Below are positions 11,545 through 25,769 of a DNA stretch of 64,000 nt, piece after piece. The stretch is from Balamuthia mandrillaris. Taxonomy: Eukaryota. Below the pieces are notes generated by a model. That model was not told the origin of the DNA and made no database searches. It saw only the letters and a list, made by a program, of their open reading frames with translations. Both the position numbers and the translations under genes were made by a program. Positions within the stretch are counted from its first letter, which is position 1. Every line of letters begins with the position of its first letter. The DNA lies in contig JAVKOQ020000001.1 of the NCBI GenBank assembly GCA_031835245.2, forward strand, positions 372,001-436,000, read 5' to 3'.

Positions 11545-12642
11545 TTACGCGCACGTTACGGACTGCTTGACAAGCGTGATACTGCCACCACCGTTACCCG
11601 TGCTGAAAGCCAACACGAACGGGTCAAAAGGAGTCGGTACCGGCTCGCTCTCCACGCCATCGATGGTGAACTTGACTTGCCTGGCTCGGCCGTCCACCTC
11701 CACGACAAGCGTGCTATAGCCGTGGTAAGATTTCTGCCACTTGAGGTCTGCTCGCTTCACCTCCAACAAACGTTCAAACTCCTTTCTGGATTGCGACAAG
11801 CTTTTATAGTCGCAGGGAGTGTTGGTGAAGTATTCCTCCAGCTCAGCAGGGGAGGTGGGAGGCGGAGTGTACTCGCTGAGCATATCGGGTTTGATGGTGC
11901 TCCACGTGACCCGACCGCTGAACATGCTGAACATGGCGGACTGGAACTCTAAAGGAAGGCTTCTGACCCCATAGTCCAAGTAAAAGGTGTCGACGAAGCG
12001 TCTGAAGGACTTGGGGTCATGGAAAAAGCCCAACTCCCAGTTTTGGAAGACCTCGAACTCCAAACGAACCCGTTTGTTCTGCCATTGGGTAAACATGGCT
12101 CCGTTCTCTTGGAGCTCAGCTCGCACTCGCTCCTCTGTGCTGCCTGCATCTCTGCCAGCATATTCCCCACGCATCATGGAGGAGGTCTTTCCTTGTTGCT
12201 CGCACTGCCGTTGAGAGGAGAGGAAGAGCTTAGGGCATTGGCCCTCAGCTCCGTTTCGCTCTGCCGTGAGTCGTTTATTCCACAGGAGGAAGGCCTTGTC
12301 GGCCACCACTGGGTGGAAGCAGAACTTGACTTGGGCTGCTTCTTTGTACCGTTCGTACCAGGTGCGTGCAGTCTCACCGTCTTTTTCTTCTTCAGTGGTG
12401 GAAGAAGAAAGGCGCAGGGCTCGGTCCTTCCACAAGAGGTCACTCATTGCAGCGGCGTGCCATTTCTTGCTGACCGTGAAGCAATGATAGAGCGAACTCA
12501 AGTCCACGAAACAAAAGACTGACGCCTACAGGTTGAAAACACAAAGAGGAGTTAGTTTTTGTTTATGTTTGAGAAGGTTTGTTTTCGTCTTTTAAACGCT
12601 ACGGACCAGGAGTTCCTGCGGTAACAAAGACCAGTCTGCCAT
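11545..12642 (-). CDS. F-box protein with SPRY-like C-terminal beta domain (paralogue A)
   Basis: Short exon MADWSLLPQELL at 12642, then F-box LSSLYHCFTVSKKW...LLWK; C-terminal VEVDGRARQVKFTIDG. Confidence 0.8.
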
Positions 12643-12934
12643 TACTGTTGTTGTCTTTATGTGTTTGTGTTTTTTTAAACGCGTTTGTTGTTCTTGTTAT
12701 GCAGGCGGCGTTAAAACTCCGCTCCAAGATAGTTTGGCCAACCTCGCACCGGTCCACCACCGAAAAACTCATTTTAAAAGGAAAAGCATTACCGAAAGGC
12801 TTCCACCTGCGTTACCGTTCAAGGAACCCCTCCCCTACCTGCTGCTTGGGCTATGGGAAAACAGCAGCAACTAAATGAGACAGCATGAACGCACTTTGTT
12901 TTCTGTTTGTTCTTTGTTACAAATAACTAAAAAC

Positions 12935-14120
12935 TTACAATAGAGTCACCGCTTGTTTGGTCAGTGTTATCTCTGCTCCGCTATAGCCGGTGTTAAAGGC
13001 CATGACAAACGGTTCCAACGGAAGAGGCACTGGATCATAGGCAGTGCCATTGATAGAGAAGGTGACTTGCTTCGCCGGCCCTCCATCCACCTCCACAGTG
13101 ATGGTGTGCCTGTCTTCAGGTTTGCTGGGATAGGAAATGTTCTTTGATTCCAGCTGCAAAAACTTTCCAAAGTCTTTGCGTTGTTGGGCAAAGGTGGAGG
13201 CATTGGTGGGGGCAGTGGCAAGGTAATCAGCCAGCAGGTCGTTGTTGAAGTGGCACTTGTCCGGTTGATAGTCCTCCCCGTCTTTAATCTTGGAGTGCAC
13301 AATGGTGTTCTCAAACATGCTTATCATCGTGCAATTGTAAGAGTTCTTCAGGCCGTCCGTGTAGCAAAAGTAATGGGTGGTGGAGAAGCGACGGAAGGAT
13401 TTGACGTCATGGAACAGGCCGACCTCCCACTTCTTGAGCACTTCAAACTCGAGGAGGACCTTCTTGCCTTCCCATCGAGTAAACATGGCCCGGTTCTCCT
13501 GAAGCTCTCCTTGTACTCTTTGTTCTTTGGCCTCGTCGGGAAGGTCGTAGTAGTGAGCATAGGTCTCGTGGTTCTTTTGTTGGCCTTCCACTGATGGGGA
13601 AGAGGGGTCCAAGCAGGCAGTGAAACCTCCTTCCTTCTTGCATTGCAGTTGAGTGGAGAGGATCAGTTTTGGGCAGCACCCTTTGTGCATGTCTCGAACG
13701 GCTTTGGTGCAGCCTTGGCTCAACATGTAGACCGAGTTGGTGAGCAAAGGGTGGAAGCAAAACTTGAGCAGGGCGTAGTGTTTGAAGCGTTCCAACCAGG
13801 AGCGGGGTGCATGTTCGCCTTGTTCCTCCTCGGCAGCAGCAGACTCCTCTGAGGAGACAGCAAAATATTGAAGGAAACGGTCCTTCCACAAGAGGTCATC
13901 CATGGCAGCCGCGTACCAACGCTTGTTGACGGTGAGGCATTGGTAGAGGGACTCAAAGTCCAGAAAATGGAACACCAGGGCCTACGTCACAACACATAAA
14001 CGAAGAATTCTCAGCTCCCAAAAAGAAAAAAAAGGTATGGAAAAGTGGTCGTCAGGTAGGTAAACGATAGGAAGAAGAACGTACTTGCAGTTCCTGCGGA
14101 AACCAAGACCAGTCCGCCAT
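12935..14120 (-). CDS. F-box protein with SPRY-like C-terminal beta domain (paralogue B)
   Basis: Short exon MADWSWFPQELQ at 14120, F-box LDFESLYQCLTVNKRW; colinear similarity to paralogue A (KFCFHP, CPKL, ELQEN.AMFT.W, VEVDG, AF.TG). Confidence 0.82.
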
Positions 14121-14331
14121 CTGTTTGTTTGCTTTTCTTCCTGTTTACTTTTTTTTTTCAGTTATTCATATTGATCGATCGTGATTGAGGTGGGGAATGA
14201 CGTCATCGGAAGTGCGTGTTCATGTGGAAACGACAGAGTCGACAAAAAAGTTACAATTTTCATAAAAAAAAAAAGAATAACACACAAGGGAAAGAGTGAG
14301 AGGAGGAGGAGGAGGAGGGACGAGCGGGTGA

Positions 14332-15303
14332 TCACCAGAACGGGCACCAACCGATGTAACATTGACACAAGTTCTCATGGGAGGTAGCCTGCTCTATCAA
14401 GCGCTGAACCTGCGAATGCACATCCAAGCTCTCCCTTGGGGAGAAGTCCCTGCCTCTCAACTTGGCCGACACCCGGTCTATCACTCTCAGCGCTCTTTCA
14501 TCCATTCCCTCCTCGTTGCCAGCTGCCGCCAGGTCCTCGTGATTGATGCCGATGCGGCTGCGGATGCTCTTGGAATTGTAGGTGCCGCCGGATGGGATGG
14601 ACAGGGAGGAGTCATAGGAACCGTCTCCCTCCATGGAGCGGGTGAGAATGCCTCTGCTGCTGGTTTCACTGCCTATGTATTCTTTTGTGCACAAGTGAGC
14701 AAAAACAGAAGAGAAAAAGAAGCAAAGAACAAACCTTCCATGGTGGGTCGAGCGGACTTGATGTGAGCTCCGCTGGAGGAAGAGCCAGTGGGTTGCAACA
14801 ACCGCCAGTTGATCAAAGGATCATAGACAAAGGCCTCCAACACGGCCATCACGCTCTCCTTGTTCTCCCTTAACACCCTCATCACACTCTCGCAGGTGAA
14901 TCTAAAGTTGCCTTCGATGCCGCTCACCTCCATCGCATTGATCAGCATTCGTGTCAACCGGAAAGGAATCTTCTCTGGATATTTTTCTCTCTGCATTGCA
15001 ACCTGTTTTGTTTTAAAACGAATAAGAGTTTGAGAAGTGACAACAAGAGTAGAAGAGATAGAAAGAGAAAAGAATGATACCTCGAAGCAATCGCCAAAGT
15101 CAATGTGAGTGATCTTGCCAGTGTGTCGGTCCATCATGAGGTTGCTGGGGTGGCGATCGCCCAAACCCAGGATGTAGCCCACCATGGACATCACTGCCAG
15201 TGATCGCGTGTAGTTCGTTCGTTTTTCCAACCATATCTGTTATCAGATTGGTCAATAAAATCGGTTTATATTGAATAGAAAAGCAAATCGTGAGAGAGAG
15301 AAA

Positions 15304-15334
<31 letters not shown>

Positions 15335-18300
15335 AGAATAAGAGCACAAAGGGAAAGGAAAATATACTTCGGAATTGTTGCTCTTCAACCAAAGCACTTT
15401 GTCCAGGTCATTTCCGTTGGTGTTCTCCAATGCATAGTCAAACACTTCCACTTTCTGTATCAAGCTCAAGTGGTCCAGACCAGAGCTAGCAAAGTCAATC
15501 ATCAGGCGATGCTCGTAGTTGAGCAATATCTTTCTAGAATCGCGATAATCACGGATGAGGGCATGAAGAGTGTCATGATCAGGGACCCAACCGATGAGAC
15601 CAGAGTTGGGAGAGAGAGGAATGATGGCATATTGTTGAATGCTGAGGTGTCGGTGGGCTGTCTTGCTGTCTGTGGCCAAGAGGGTGTTCAGCAGGCCGAA
15701 CAATTGCATCACTCTCTCGTCTTGCCGCAAATCCTCATGTCCTATTTTTGTTGTTATTTATTATTCATCGTATGAGAATTGAATACAATAGCATGAGGGA
15801 GAGGGAGAGCGTAGGGAGGAAGAGAAAGAGAGAGAGAGAGAGAGAATATAAAAAAGACAACCTTTGAGAAGGAAAGTGTATTCTTTGCCATCGCTGCCAT
15901 ACATGCTGAGCTTTCGTGGTCTCTGTTTGGAAGGGATGACGCTCAGTGTAGGGGCAAAGGAAGCAATCCGAATGACTTCCTGTTGGTTTGCCTCATACGT
16001 CCCTGTTTTTCACAGTAGTAATCAGATATTATTGCGTCTCTAAGAAAGACACTGCTTGAAATAGCAACAGAGAGAGAGAGATAGAATGGCACGGATTTGT
16101 ACCAGGGACGGCAAGTTCCAAGTCGTGTGCTTTCAACAAATTAGGAGAAACGTATTGCAGCTCCAACGAACTCATTTGACGAAGCTGCTTGTCTATGCGT
16201 CTAAACACATGATAATACAAATCCCATGCCTGGTTCAGATCTGCAATCTTGCCGGATCGTGAATATTTCTAAATGAAAGAAGGATGTAAGAATTATAATT
16301 TTTTATGTGTATAGGACGAAGAAGCAAAGGTACCTGACAAAACTCTAAGGCTTGTTGCAAATCTCTACCATAGGCTTGTTGGAAAGAAACTTCCTTTGAA
16401 GTTTGGGGTCCCTTTTGAGGAAGAAATGAAAATGGTAAGACAGAAGAAAACAACTACAAAAGCAGACAAACGTGCTAAATAACCTCTTCCAGCATTTCAT
16501 GCAGTGGCCTTAATTTCTCAAACATGCCTTCCACATCGTCATTGCCAAAGTACAGCCGAGAAGCTTCTTCGAGGCCTTCGAACCACAGCTCATGCCACAA
16601 GATTGCCACGCGAATCAACTCACGACTCACCAACAAGGCAGCATCCACCAGATTGGCGCTGTGCTGCCTCATCTCATCCAGAATTATGTTGGCTGCCTTC
16701 ACGCGAGCCACAGCGGGGGACTTGGTGGCTACACTCAGAGGATACACCAGGGCTTGAGGGTGATGTCGTCCCACTTTGGTCAAGAGCTCTCGGATCATTC
16801 TTGCCACTGGTTCCACTGGTGTGTGAATCCGTGCTATCAACTGCATCCAACATCGGTGAGAACACGAATGCGCACACAAAAACAAAAATAGAAAACTACG
16901 CCAAAAACGACGCAAACAAACAAACGAACAAATGAATGAAACAAAGGAAGAAGAAGAACCTGAGGGACGACTTGCAACCAAGTGTCGATGGAAACAGTGT
17001 TGAACCCTTCCATCAAGGCCCTCTCCACAGGCTTCTTCGACCCATACTTGAACCACAAGCTTAGCAGCCGCAAGGTGTCCTGCAAGGTATGTCCAGGACC
17101 GGCCAAGGCGATGGAGCGGAAAAACCCATGCACCGCTGGCACCAAGCTGTCCTTGATGCGATGGCTCTCCGCCTTCTCCCCTTGCTTCTCAAAGTGAGAG
17201 ATGACCTCAAAGTTGGAGAGAGCCCACAGATGCCATGCCTTGTACCACCCTTCATCAAACTCCGTGGCTGCCTTGAAGGCTTGCAGCACATAGGGGATTG
17301 TTTTCTGCATTTATCACACAGAAAAGAGACAGTCCAGTCAGACAACAATAACGAAAGAAAACGACCAAAAAAAAGAAGAAAGGAAGACGGAATGTAGAAA
17401 AAAGAGAACCTCGTTCAAGGTGTCACGATCGTTGAATTGCTTTTGCCAAATGCCCAGAGTCAGATGGCAACGAGCCAACAGTTGGCGATCATTCTGGATG
17501 GATGCGGACTTGATGAAGTTCCTCAAGTACTTGAAAGCAGAGCGTTGGTCTCCCGAGTCCCACTGGTGCTTCAAGTAGGCAAACACCACTTTGGGGTGGG
17601 CAGAAGGAACGAAATCGGTGGCGCCCACGGTGGAGGGATCGTATCCCAAGAGGTTGATGAGGGTTTTGTGAGATAGGCGCATGCGACTGACTTCCCTGCC
17701 TTGCCCATGCTCTCCTGCCTTCACCTCTGCTCGACAAAGACTGGCGAACTTCAACCTGTTTCCATGGTTGAGGTTGTATGTCATTGGCATTGGCATTGGC
17801 ATTGTCAGTAAGAAAGCAAGAAAGCGTGAAAGAACAAAAAACCAACCAGTTTTCAGTGTCTTCATGGGGAGAGAGCACCATGCTCCTCACTGCCAAGATG
17901 TCCTGCCACACATCCACGTTCTTTTGACATCCGCGCAGCCTCTCGGTCCACAGCTTGCGAATCACGGGCTGTCGAGCAGGATTCTGCTTGTACTCGATGA
18001 TCTCCTCCATTTCCGAGAGCTGCTGGGTTTTGACCACCACCTTGTAGGCTCGGTTGTAGCTCTCCCCCACCAATGCCCGCAACTCCGTGTCCAACAGCTG
18101 CCGCGTCAGCTCGATGTACTTCCTTGCCTCCTCAAAGTTGTTTCCATGCAAGTTCAGCACTGCTCGGAAGAACCGCCCATCCACTGTGTGGTGTGGCATC
18201 TCACTGCAACCACAGAGAGATATTGTTAGCCTTACCATGGAGAAAGGAAGCCAAAAGAAGGCGAAGAAGCACAGAAAACGAAGAAGAAGAAAAAGAAGAT

Positions 18301-19840
18301 GAAGAAGAAGAAGAAGATGATGAAGAAGAACAACAAGAAGAACAACAAGAAGAAAGAAGAGGAAGTCGGAAACAAACTTGATGTAGTCTTTCATGATATC
18401 CCAAAGACCCAGATTCCAGGCAGCTCCTGCTGCCAATGGTGCAATGATCAGCCTTCCCCTCCGATCCGCCCTCTGCCATGCCTCCTGAGACACCTCCGTC
18501 AGCTCCTCCCATTCCGCCAGGGCATGGAGGCACCTCATCCGTCCCAACATGAACTCCATGTTTTGTGGCTGTTGTTTCAGCTTCTTGTCATACACCTCCT
18601 TGGCAGCATCCCAGCGTTGCAGCTTCTCGTACCAGGATTCCTTGAGCTCGATGTCGTTCTGGCGGGCGTACACCAGGATGCCGTTGGCTGCTTCCGGCAG
18701 GTCCAGTTGGTTATTGATGCTGATCAAGGCTTCGCAGGTGGTGGCCGGTGAGGCTTGGAACTCGATCTCCTGCATTCATCCATTGGTTTTCTCCATCAGA
18801 AGATGACGATGAAGAAGAAAAGGAAAAGAAAAGAAAAGGAGGAAGCGCAACACAAGAACAAGCAAGCAAGCCAACAAACCTTATAATGCAGGGCTTTGGC
18901 GTAGGCTGCACATTTCTCCGCAAAGCCACCTAATGTCTTGATGTCGATGGGCAACCTCTTGTCATCATGCTCCATGAACTCCGCCAAGTTCAGCAGGCTC
19001 TGCAGGATCTCAGGAGGGATGCTGTCTGCATTCAACGCCGTCTCCAAGCTGTCAATCAGTTGATTCTGATATTGCTCGTGCAACTCCGTCCAGCAGGACA
19101 CGAAGCTCACGTTGAACAGCTCCATGGCCAGAGGGTGGAAGACCTGAGCCATGGAATGGCAGGAACGAAGGGCAGGGGAGGGGGATTGTTTGATGAGTTC
19201 CACGGAGAAGCGGCGGAACCACTCCTTCCAGTCGTTCTTGATGGAGCATTGCGAGGTGTCCCATGCTTTGCTCAGGCTCCGTTCGTTCACCGGCAGCTTG
19301 TCCACTGTCATCATTTCCATTCCCACATTGTCTGCTTTGCCTATTGTCACATTTTTTTTTTCAAATTGGTTTGAGGTGTTGTTAGTTTCATCGGAAGAAC
19401 AATTAGGGAGAAGAAAGGCAACACACTAGAAGTCTTGGTGGTCTTCTTGAATCCAAACTTGCGTCCCACGAAAGTAATGTTCTCTGAATCCATGTCCCCA
19501 TCCCCACTCAACAATGAAGCATCGTTCTTCTGGATGGTCTCCACCAACTGATTGTACTCCTCATACACGATCTTGTGGCGCAACAACACCTTCTCCACCA
19601 TTGGAATGAAGATCATGTAATCCGATCCCAACTGCGACACCAAGGCGCACAATGTCTGCATGGCCTCCACCTTCAGCTCCGCAAAGGGACCATCCAATAC
19701 CCTGGCCAAGGGATGGATGATGCGAGAGGCGTAGTCGTTGAAGTTCAAGGTGTTGCACAGTCTGCCCAGCGTTTGGATGGCCAACATGCGCACCTCCATC
19801 CTCACATCCACCTGTTCGAACAAGTTCACAATTGCTTCGC

Positions 19841-19876
<36 letters not shown>

Positions 19877-22800
19877 TGAATGAATGGACTTGATTAAAGA
19901 ACAAAAAGAAGAGGAGCATACCAGGGATGATCAAGTGTAAGTATTCATCCAAGTTGGTGCCAAACACCTCCAACGCTCGCAGCACTGTCAGGGCGGGGCC
20001 TCTCTGAGGACTGCGATCCTTGTGCAGCACACTCAACATCTGAGGAATGAGCTCAGGAAGGAAGGTCTTGAACTCATCGTTCAAGGCCATGGAAATGTGT
20101 TCCACCAGTTTGATGATCTGGGTGATGAGAGGAGTGTTCCAGAACTCCTTCACCAGCAAGAAGATCTCATCCAAGTAGTCTCGCACATGTTGCTTGATGA
20201 TTGACACCAATGTTCCTGTTCATACCAAGCTTCAGTGACTCCAAAACACAAACCGCAAAATCAGCAAGAAGAGGAGTACCCAAGTTCTTGAACAAGAACT
20301 CCTGAAAGTTGGACTCGTGAGAGCGCATGACTTGCAGGAAGGGAGGCATGACTTGAGGCAAGTAGGGCACACATTTGAGGTTCAAGGCTTGAAAAATGGC
20401 CATGATGGCTGTCACTGCTGTCTTGTGGTGGCGGGACAAAGAGGCATCCCGAAGGATGCGAACCAACGCTGTGATGGAGACGGTGAGGTAGTAGTCTTCT
20501 GAAGATGGGGATATCTCCGAGACATCTGGTTCTTCCGCACGTGCTCTTTGGAATCACATGATATGATTGTGATGTGGTCAGCAATAATAGGAAAAGGAAC
20601 AAAAAATGAAAGAGAAAGAGAAAGAAAAAGAGAAAGAGAAAGAGAAAGAGAAAAGAGAAGAAAAGATCCAGAATGTAAAACAAAATCAAGAGAAAAGAAA
20701 CGAGAAGGAAAAAAGGTACCCATCAGCATCTTTGATGGAACTCTTGGCAATGCTCTGTGCTCTGGCATTCAGCAAATGCAGTTTGTACTTGTAGGGATCC
20801 AACGCTCCCAAAATGCCCAACACCTTCATCATCTCCTTGCGAATGGATGGGGCTTGTTCCGTCTTGATCGTGTTCAACACAATGTCCAACAGCTTGGGAT
20901 ACTTCAAGAACGGCTCGATGACATAACCTGTGCTCTCCGCCAGTTTTCCTGTTCCATTCATACACTATTGTCACCACTCCTTTTCATCCCAGTGAAAGAG
21001 ACCAAAGAGCACAGCCACACAAGCAAAAGAGAAGCAAGAAGAGAACAAAGAGAAAACGAACGAACCCAAGGTGGAGAGAGCAACTTCTCGTTTGACCACA
21101 GAACTCTGATCTTGCAAGGTTTCGATGATCAAAGGCAAGATTTTATGGATGTAGGGCACCATCTCCTCTCCGCCCACCGTGGCCAGATCACCCAATGTGG
21201 CTAGCACACACGACACCACACGAGCGTTCTTGTCCGTGAGCTTTGGTAGGAAGGCATCCACTATGGGTTCCACGTAGGGTTTGATCAAGGGTTGAGAAGA
21301 ACGAATGAGATGGCCCATGAGTCTGGCACTTTCTTCTTTGTTGCGACTGTCCCCGCTAAAGTCTATTGTGTTCGTAGGGAGCAAATAAAAGCCAAGTTAA
21401 TATGTTGTTAGGCAAACAAATTGAAGACGAGGAATGTACCAAGTTCTGTGAGAAGTTGAATCAGAGTCTTTCGAAGAGAAGGTAGCACATAAGCTGGATT
21501 TCTTGTGGTTAGCCGTCCGATGGTCTTGATGGCAAGTTCTCGAATCTGCCAAAGAGAATAAGGATGAGTTTTTGTTGAACAACCGTTTTCAACAAAAAAG
21601 AAAAATTTGACACAAACCACAAAAACTTCATCATTGAGAGCAATAAACAGAGAGCGAAGATTCTCAGCTTGAGCCAAATGATGGTCAAACCGCGAGTCCA
21701 AACAAGACAACACCGTTGTACGGATTGTTGGATCTGTGTGTTATGGTTGCCTTAATAAATCAAAACAACAAAAAGCAAAACGATCTAACAAAAGAATTAC
21801 CAGGATCAGAGATGCCAATCACCAACATTTTCTCCAAAACCTCTCCAATGACATTGGACAAATGTCCTCTGGTGGGTGCATTACGGTTGGAGCGTACTAC
21901 CAATGAGCTGCAAGTTTCTGCGGCTGCTGTTCGAATGGCTCTGCATTACACCACGCCGTTTGTTAATATTGAAGCAGGAGATGTGTCTAAAGTACAAAAT
22001 GAGAGAGAGTGTGTGTGTACGGATCGTCATCATCCAGGAAACCAACAACAACCTCTCTCACAAACTCTGTGAGCAGGCTTTCATCGAAATTGAAAGAGCC
22101 TAATGTTGTCAGTGCAAGACGAATGGTGTCTGGGGTAGGTTTTCCACCTTCGGAAGTGTAATACATCTGATTTTATGATATCCAATGGTAAGTCATAAAG
22201 CAAAAAAGCGGCAAGAAAAAAGAGACAGAGGGATTACTGAGAGAGTGGCGTTAGGAGGAGGTGCTGATTTGTTGAGAAAACGATTGCCGGGATGAAGAAA
22301 GGGTTTGCCAGAAAGAACCATGGACAAATGGTCCAACAGTTTCTCCTGAATGCTGGGCAACAAGGAGGGAATACAGGAAGACAGGATGGTCAAAGACGTA
22401 GTCAAGGTTTCGTTCAACCCTCCTGCAAACATCAGCTCTGTCATGCCATTCATACAAAAGCATTGTCAGCCATGATGACAAACTTTGAAAAAGAACTCAA
22501 TGTCCAAAAAAAAAAAGAAATAAAAAGAAAAGAAAGAAAAGGAAAGGAAAGGCGAACCCAGTAACTCAGGCATGTGAGATTCCAGGGAAGCACCCACCGA
22601 ACGAGCCAACATGGAAATGCATGTCAATGCCTCCACACAATAAAACTTGTTCTTCACAATAGGCCCTTTCAGTGCTGTCTTGATGTTTTGCAAGATGGAA
22701 TCCAAATACGGATTTGTGCTTCCTCCCACTGCCTGCTCAGCAAACAAATATTGGTACATTCATGGGTAACAAGAAGAACACATATAAGGCAGCCACAAAG

Positions 22801-24295
22801 AGAGAGAACGAGAGAGCAAAGAGGATGGAGAAAACAAACCATAGCAATCTTCCCAAGAGAAAGGAAGGCAGCAGCTCGTTCGCTCCCTTTCTCTTTCTTC
22901 AAGGAACTCAACAAAGACACCATGCACTTGTTCAGATAGTTCAGTTTGAACTCCTTGGGAGCGAATTTGGCCAAGCGAGGCATCAACTCAATCACCGTCT
23001 TCCTCACCAGCTTGTCCCGATGGGTGCGGTAGGACAGGATCATCTCGCACACCTCCGCAAAGCGGCTGTGCATGAACTCTCCTGTGTTCTTCAATAGCTC
23101 TCCCAACGTGATCAGCGAACCATGGATGCTTGCAAAGTTGTTCACTTTCAATCCCTGTTTGTTTGCGTTGTTCATCCTCTTCCATCAGCAATTGCTTCTT
23201 CTCCCTTGTGCGAGTACAGAGAGAGAGAGAGAGAGAGAGAGCAGAAAAGACCAAGGGAGAAGAAACCGTACCGCTTGAGCCTCTTCATACACTTTGTGAT
23301 ACCATTGCAAGCGAAGTCTCTCCGACCGCTCCGCAATCACCCTCAGAGCCGCCCTCAAGGCCTTTCTCGCTGCCTCCCTCACAATCTCCGTCTCGTCCCT
23401 CAGGGCCGCCCAAATCAAGTCAAAGAACGTGCCGATGTAGACATAAAACAAGGTGGGAGCATTGCTGGCCAGCTCCTTCAGCACCAACACCGCCGCATTG
23501 CGAGTGCGAGACTCGTTCCGCGTCTCGCTCAACCACTCCAGCGCCCTCTCCATCTCGAACGCCACAAACTCCGCCGTAATGGTGCCCCTCATCTGGGCCA
23601 GGCGGCCCAAGGCTTTGGCCGCCATGGACATGATGGCCGGGTCGCTGCTCAGCAGGCCGTACGAGAGGTAGCCGGAGAGCTTGCCCGTTTGGCTGCTCTC
23701 GTCTTGCAGCTCCAAGTCGATCAGCTGGTCTGTTTGGTTGGTTGCACAACGAACAATGGATTTGAGAAATGCAAAAAAGAATAGAAAAGAAAGAAAGAGA
23801 ACAACAACATGGAGGAACGAAAGAAAGGAGCGAAAGAAAGGAAGAAGGAGCATACTGATGGCAACAATGCCAGTGATCTTGTCCACAGTGAGAGGACTGC
23901 TGACCAAGTCGAAGATGTGGCGTTTGGTGAGGTCGGCCATGAGCGTGGCGAACATCTCCCTCGTCATTTCTCGTGACTGAGTGGCCACCTTTGTTTTTTT
24001 ATTACACGCAACAGTTCAACATCATCAATCGTCACTTCTCTCCATCAAAAAAAAAAAAGAAAAAACACACAAGAAAGACAAGAAAGATGAAGACGTACAT
24101 AGGCCTTGAGTTCCTTGGAGGCTTTGTGTTCTTTGGGATATGTCCTGTGCAAAGGGAAAAAATAAAGTATGTGAATTTAAAAAAAAAACACGAAAACAAA
24201 AAAAAAGTGATGTATGTTCCCTCCCCCTCTAAAACGTACCGTTTGATCTCATTCAACAAAGCAGAGAGAGTATCATTCCAACTTTCTCTATCCAT
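14332..24295 (-). CDS. TOR: Serine/threonine kinase TOR (HEAT, FAT, FRB, PIKK kinase, FATC), more than 20 exons
   Basis: [28 protein letters not shown] (FRB), [33 protein letters not shown]-terminal [14 protein letters not shown]. Confidence 0.98.
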
Positions 24296-24706
24296 TTTGT
24301 TTTTGTTTGGATGGAGCTGAGCAGATGAAAATAAACTCTACTCTTGTGGTTGTGGTAGGTGGGTAGGGGCAGCAGCTCCGTTATAAATGTATTTTTTAAA
24401 AAAATTATTAACAGCAACCGTCCTTTTCAACGATGTACAGGCCCCTCGAGGTATTAAAACCTTTTCCGTTTGCGACACGGTGGAAGCAAGACCGAGCGGA
24501 GAGCTCTTTCTTCTTCTTTTTCTTTTCAGGTTTTTTTTGTTTTCTATTTTTATTTTTATCGCGTCGTCATGATAGATAAAACTAAAGTGAGAGTCGACAT
24601 AAATTGTTATCGATCTAATCGGTGCTTATCCAATCAAAAATCAAAACCTATCATTACTGTGGCGAAAAAGCATAGCAATTAGCGAAAAGAGAGAGAAGAA
24701 GAGGCA

Positions 24707-25769
24707 ATGTTGGTGGAGCTCTCGGTGTTGTCCTCGGCGGGCCTTTATCTTGCCATCCCCTGGCGGCCCTTTTCAGGCAGTTGGGTGCTGAAAGGGCTGC
24801 CGATCGCGTTGTTAGCGTTACAAGTCATCAAACTTCTTTTATCGCCGCACTTTGGTGATGAAGTACATGACCTCGTTCTCTTTCGTCGAACTTTTTCGTT
24901 CTCATCACATCTTTGTTAAACAAATGTCTTCACTGCCTTGTAGCAGCGACACGCTTCCGAGTTGACAATATCCATCCTCGCTTTGGCACTTGTTTTGCAC
25001 TGTCTCGGAGACGTCTTTTTGGAGCTGACCATGTCCCTCGCTCGCAGCTCCCTCCTTGTGCCTGCTGTCGCTGCTTTTGCTGGTTTCTCCTCGTCTTTTT
25101 TTTATTCCCTGTCTTGTAACTTGTTAACCTTGTTTCGTTGTTGTGCGTTGTGTTCATAGCTGGCCATTTTTTGTACATGTTGGCTTTCTTGACGGACCTC
25201 CACTTTCCTCTCTTCCTTCAACCCTCTCACTGGCTGGGCCTCCTCTGCATAGTCCTCGGCGGCGTTTTCATCCTCAATCTCGTCGGCTTCTCTTCGAGCC
25301 TCGGTCTCTCCGTGCGTACGGGAGACGCCAGCAATAAGAAGGAGAGCAACACAGCCAAAAGTAGGATGGACCTTACTCGATACCGAAAGTATTTATGCGT
25401 TTATGTTCTGCTGTTAGTTACGATGGCGATGCTGTGTTTACTGTCCTCCGCTTCCAAGCAAGAAAACGGCTCTTTGTGGAACCTTAGAACTATTGGTTTG
25501 TTTCTCTGCGCTCTCTCCCGCCCTCCTTTCTAGCTTTTTTGACTCTCTCTCTTCTGGCTCTTCTCTGACCTCTCCCCTCTCCCTCTCTCTATGCAGGAGG
25601 CTCTTTATATTTGATATCAGATGGAATGATAGGCATGCAGGCCGCTCAAAAGGGATTCCCTCTGTTACCACCTCCGTTCAATCACGCCATTTTTAACGTT
25701 TTCATATGGCCTTGCTATTACTTGGGCCAGTATTTCATAGTTATGTCGATGGTTGACATACACAACTAA
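24707..25769 (+). CDS. YhhN/TMEM86 (lysoplasmalogenase-like) membrane protein, multi-exon
   Basis: LKGLPI, CLGDVFLEL, GHFLY, GGSLYLISDGMI, YYLGQYFI motifs in hydrophobic exons; stop at 25767-25769. Confidence 0.8.

Noticed and set aside
14362..23980. Many plus-strand ORFs over TOR
   Set aside because: Antisense shadow frames of GC-richer exons with no motifs
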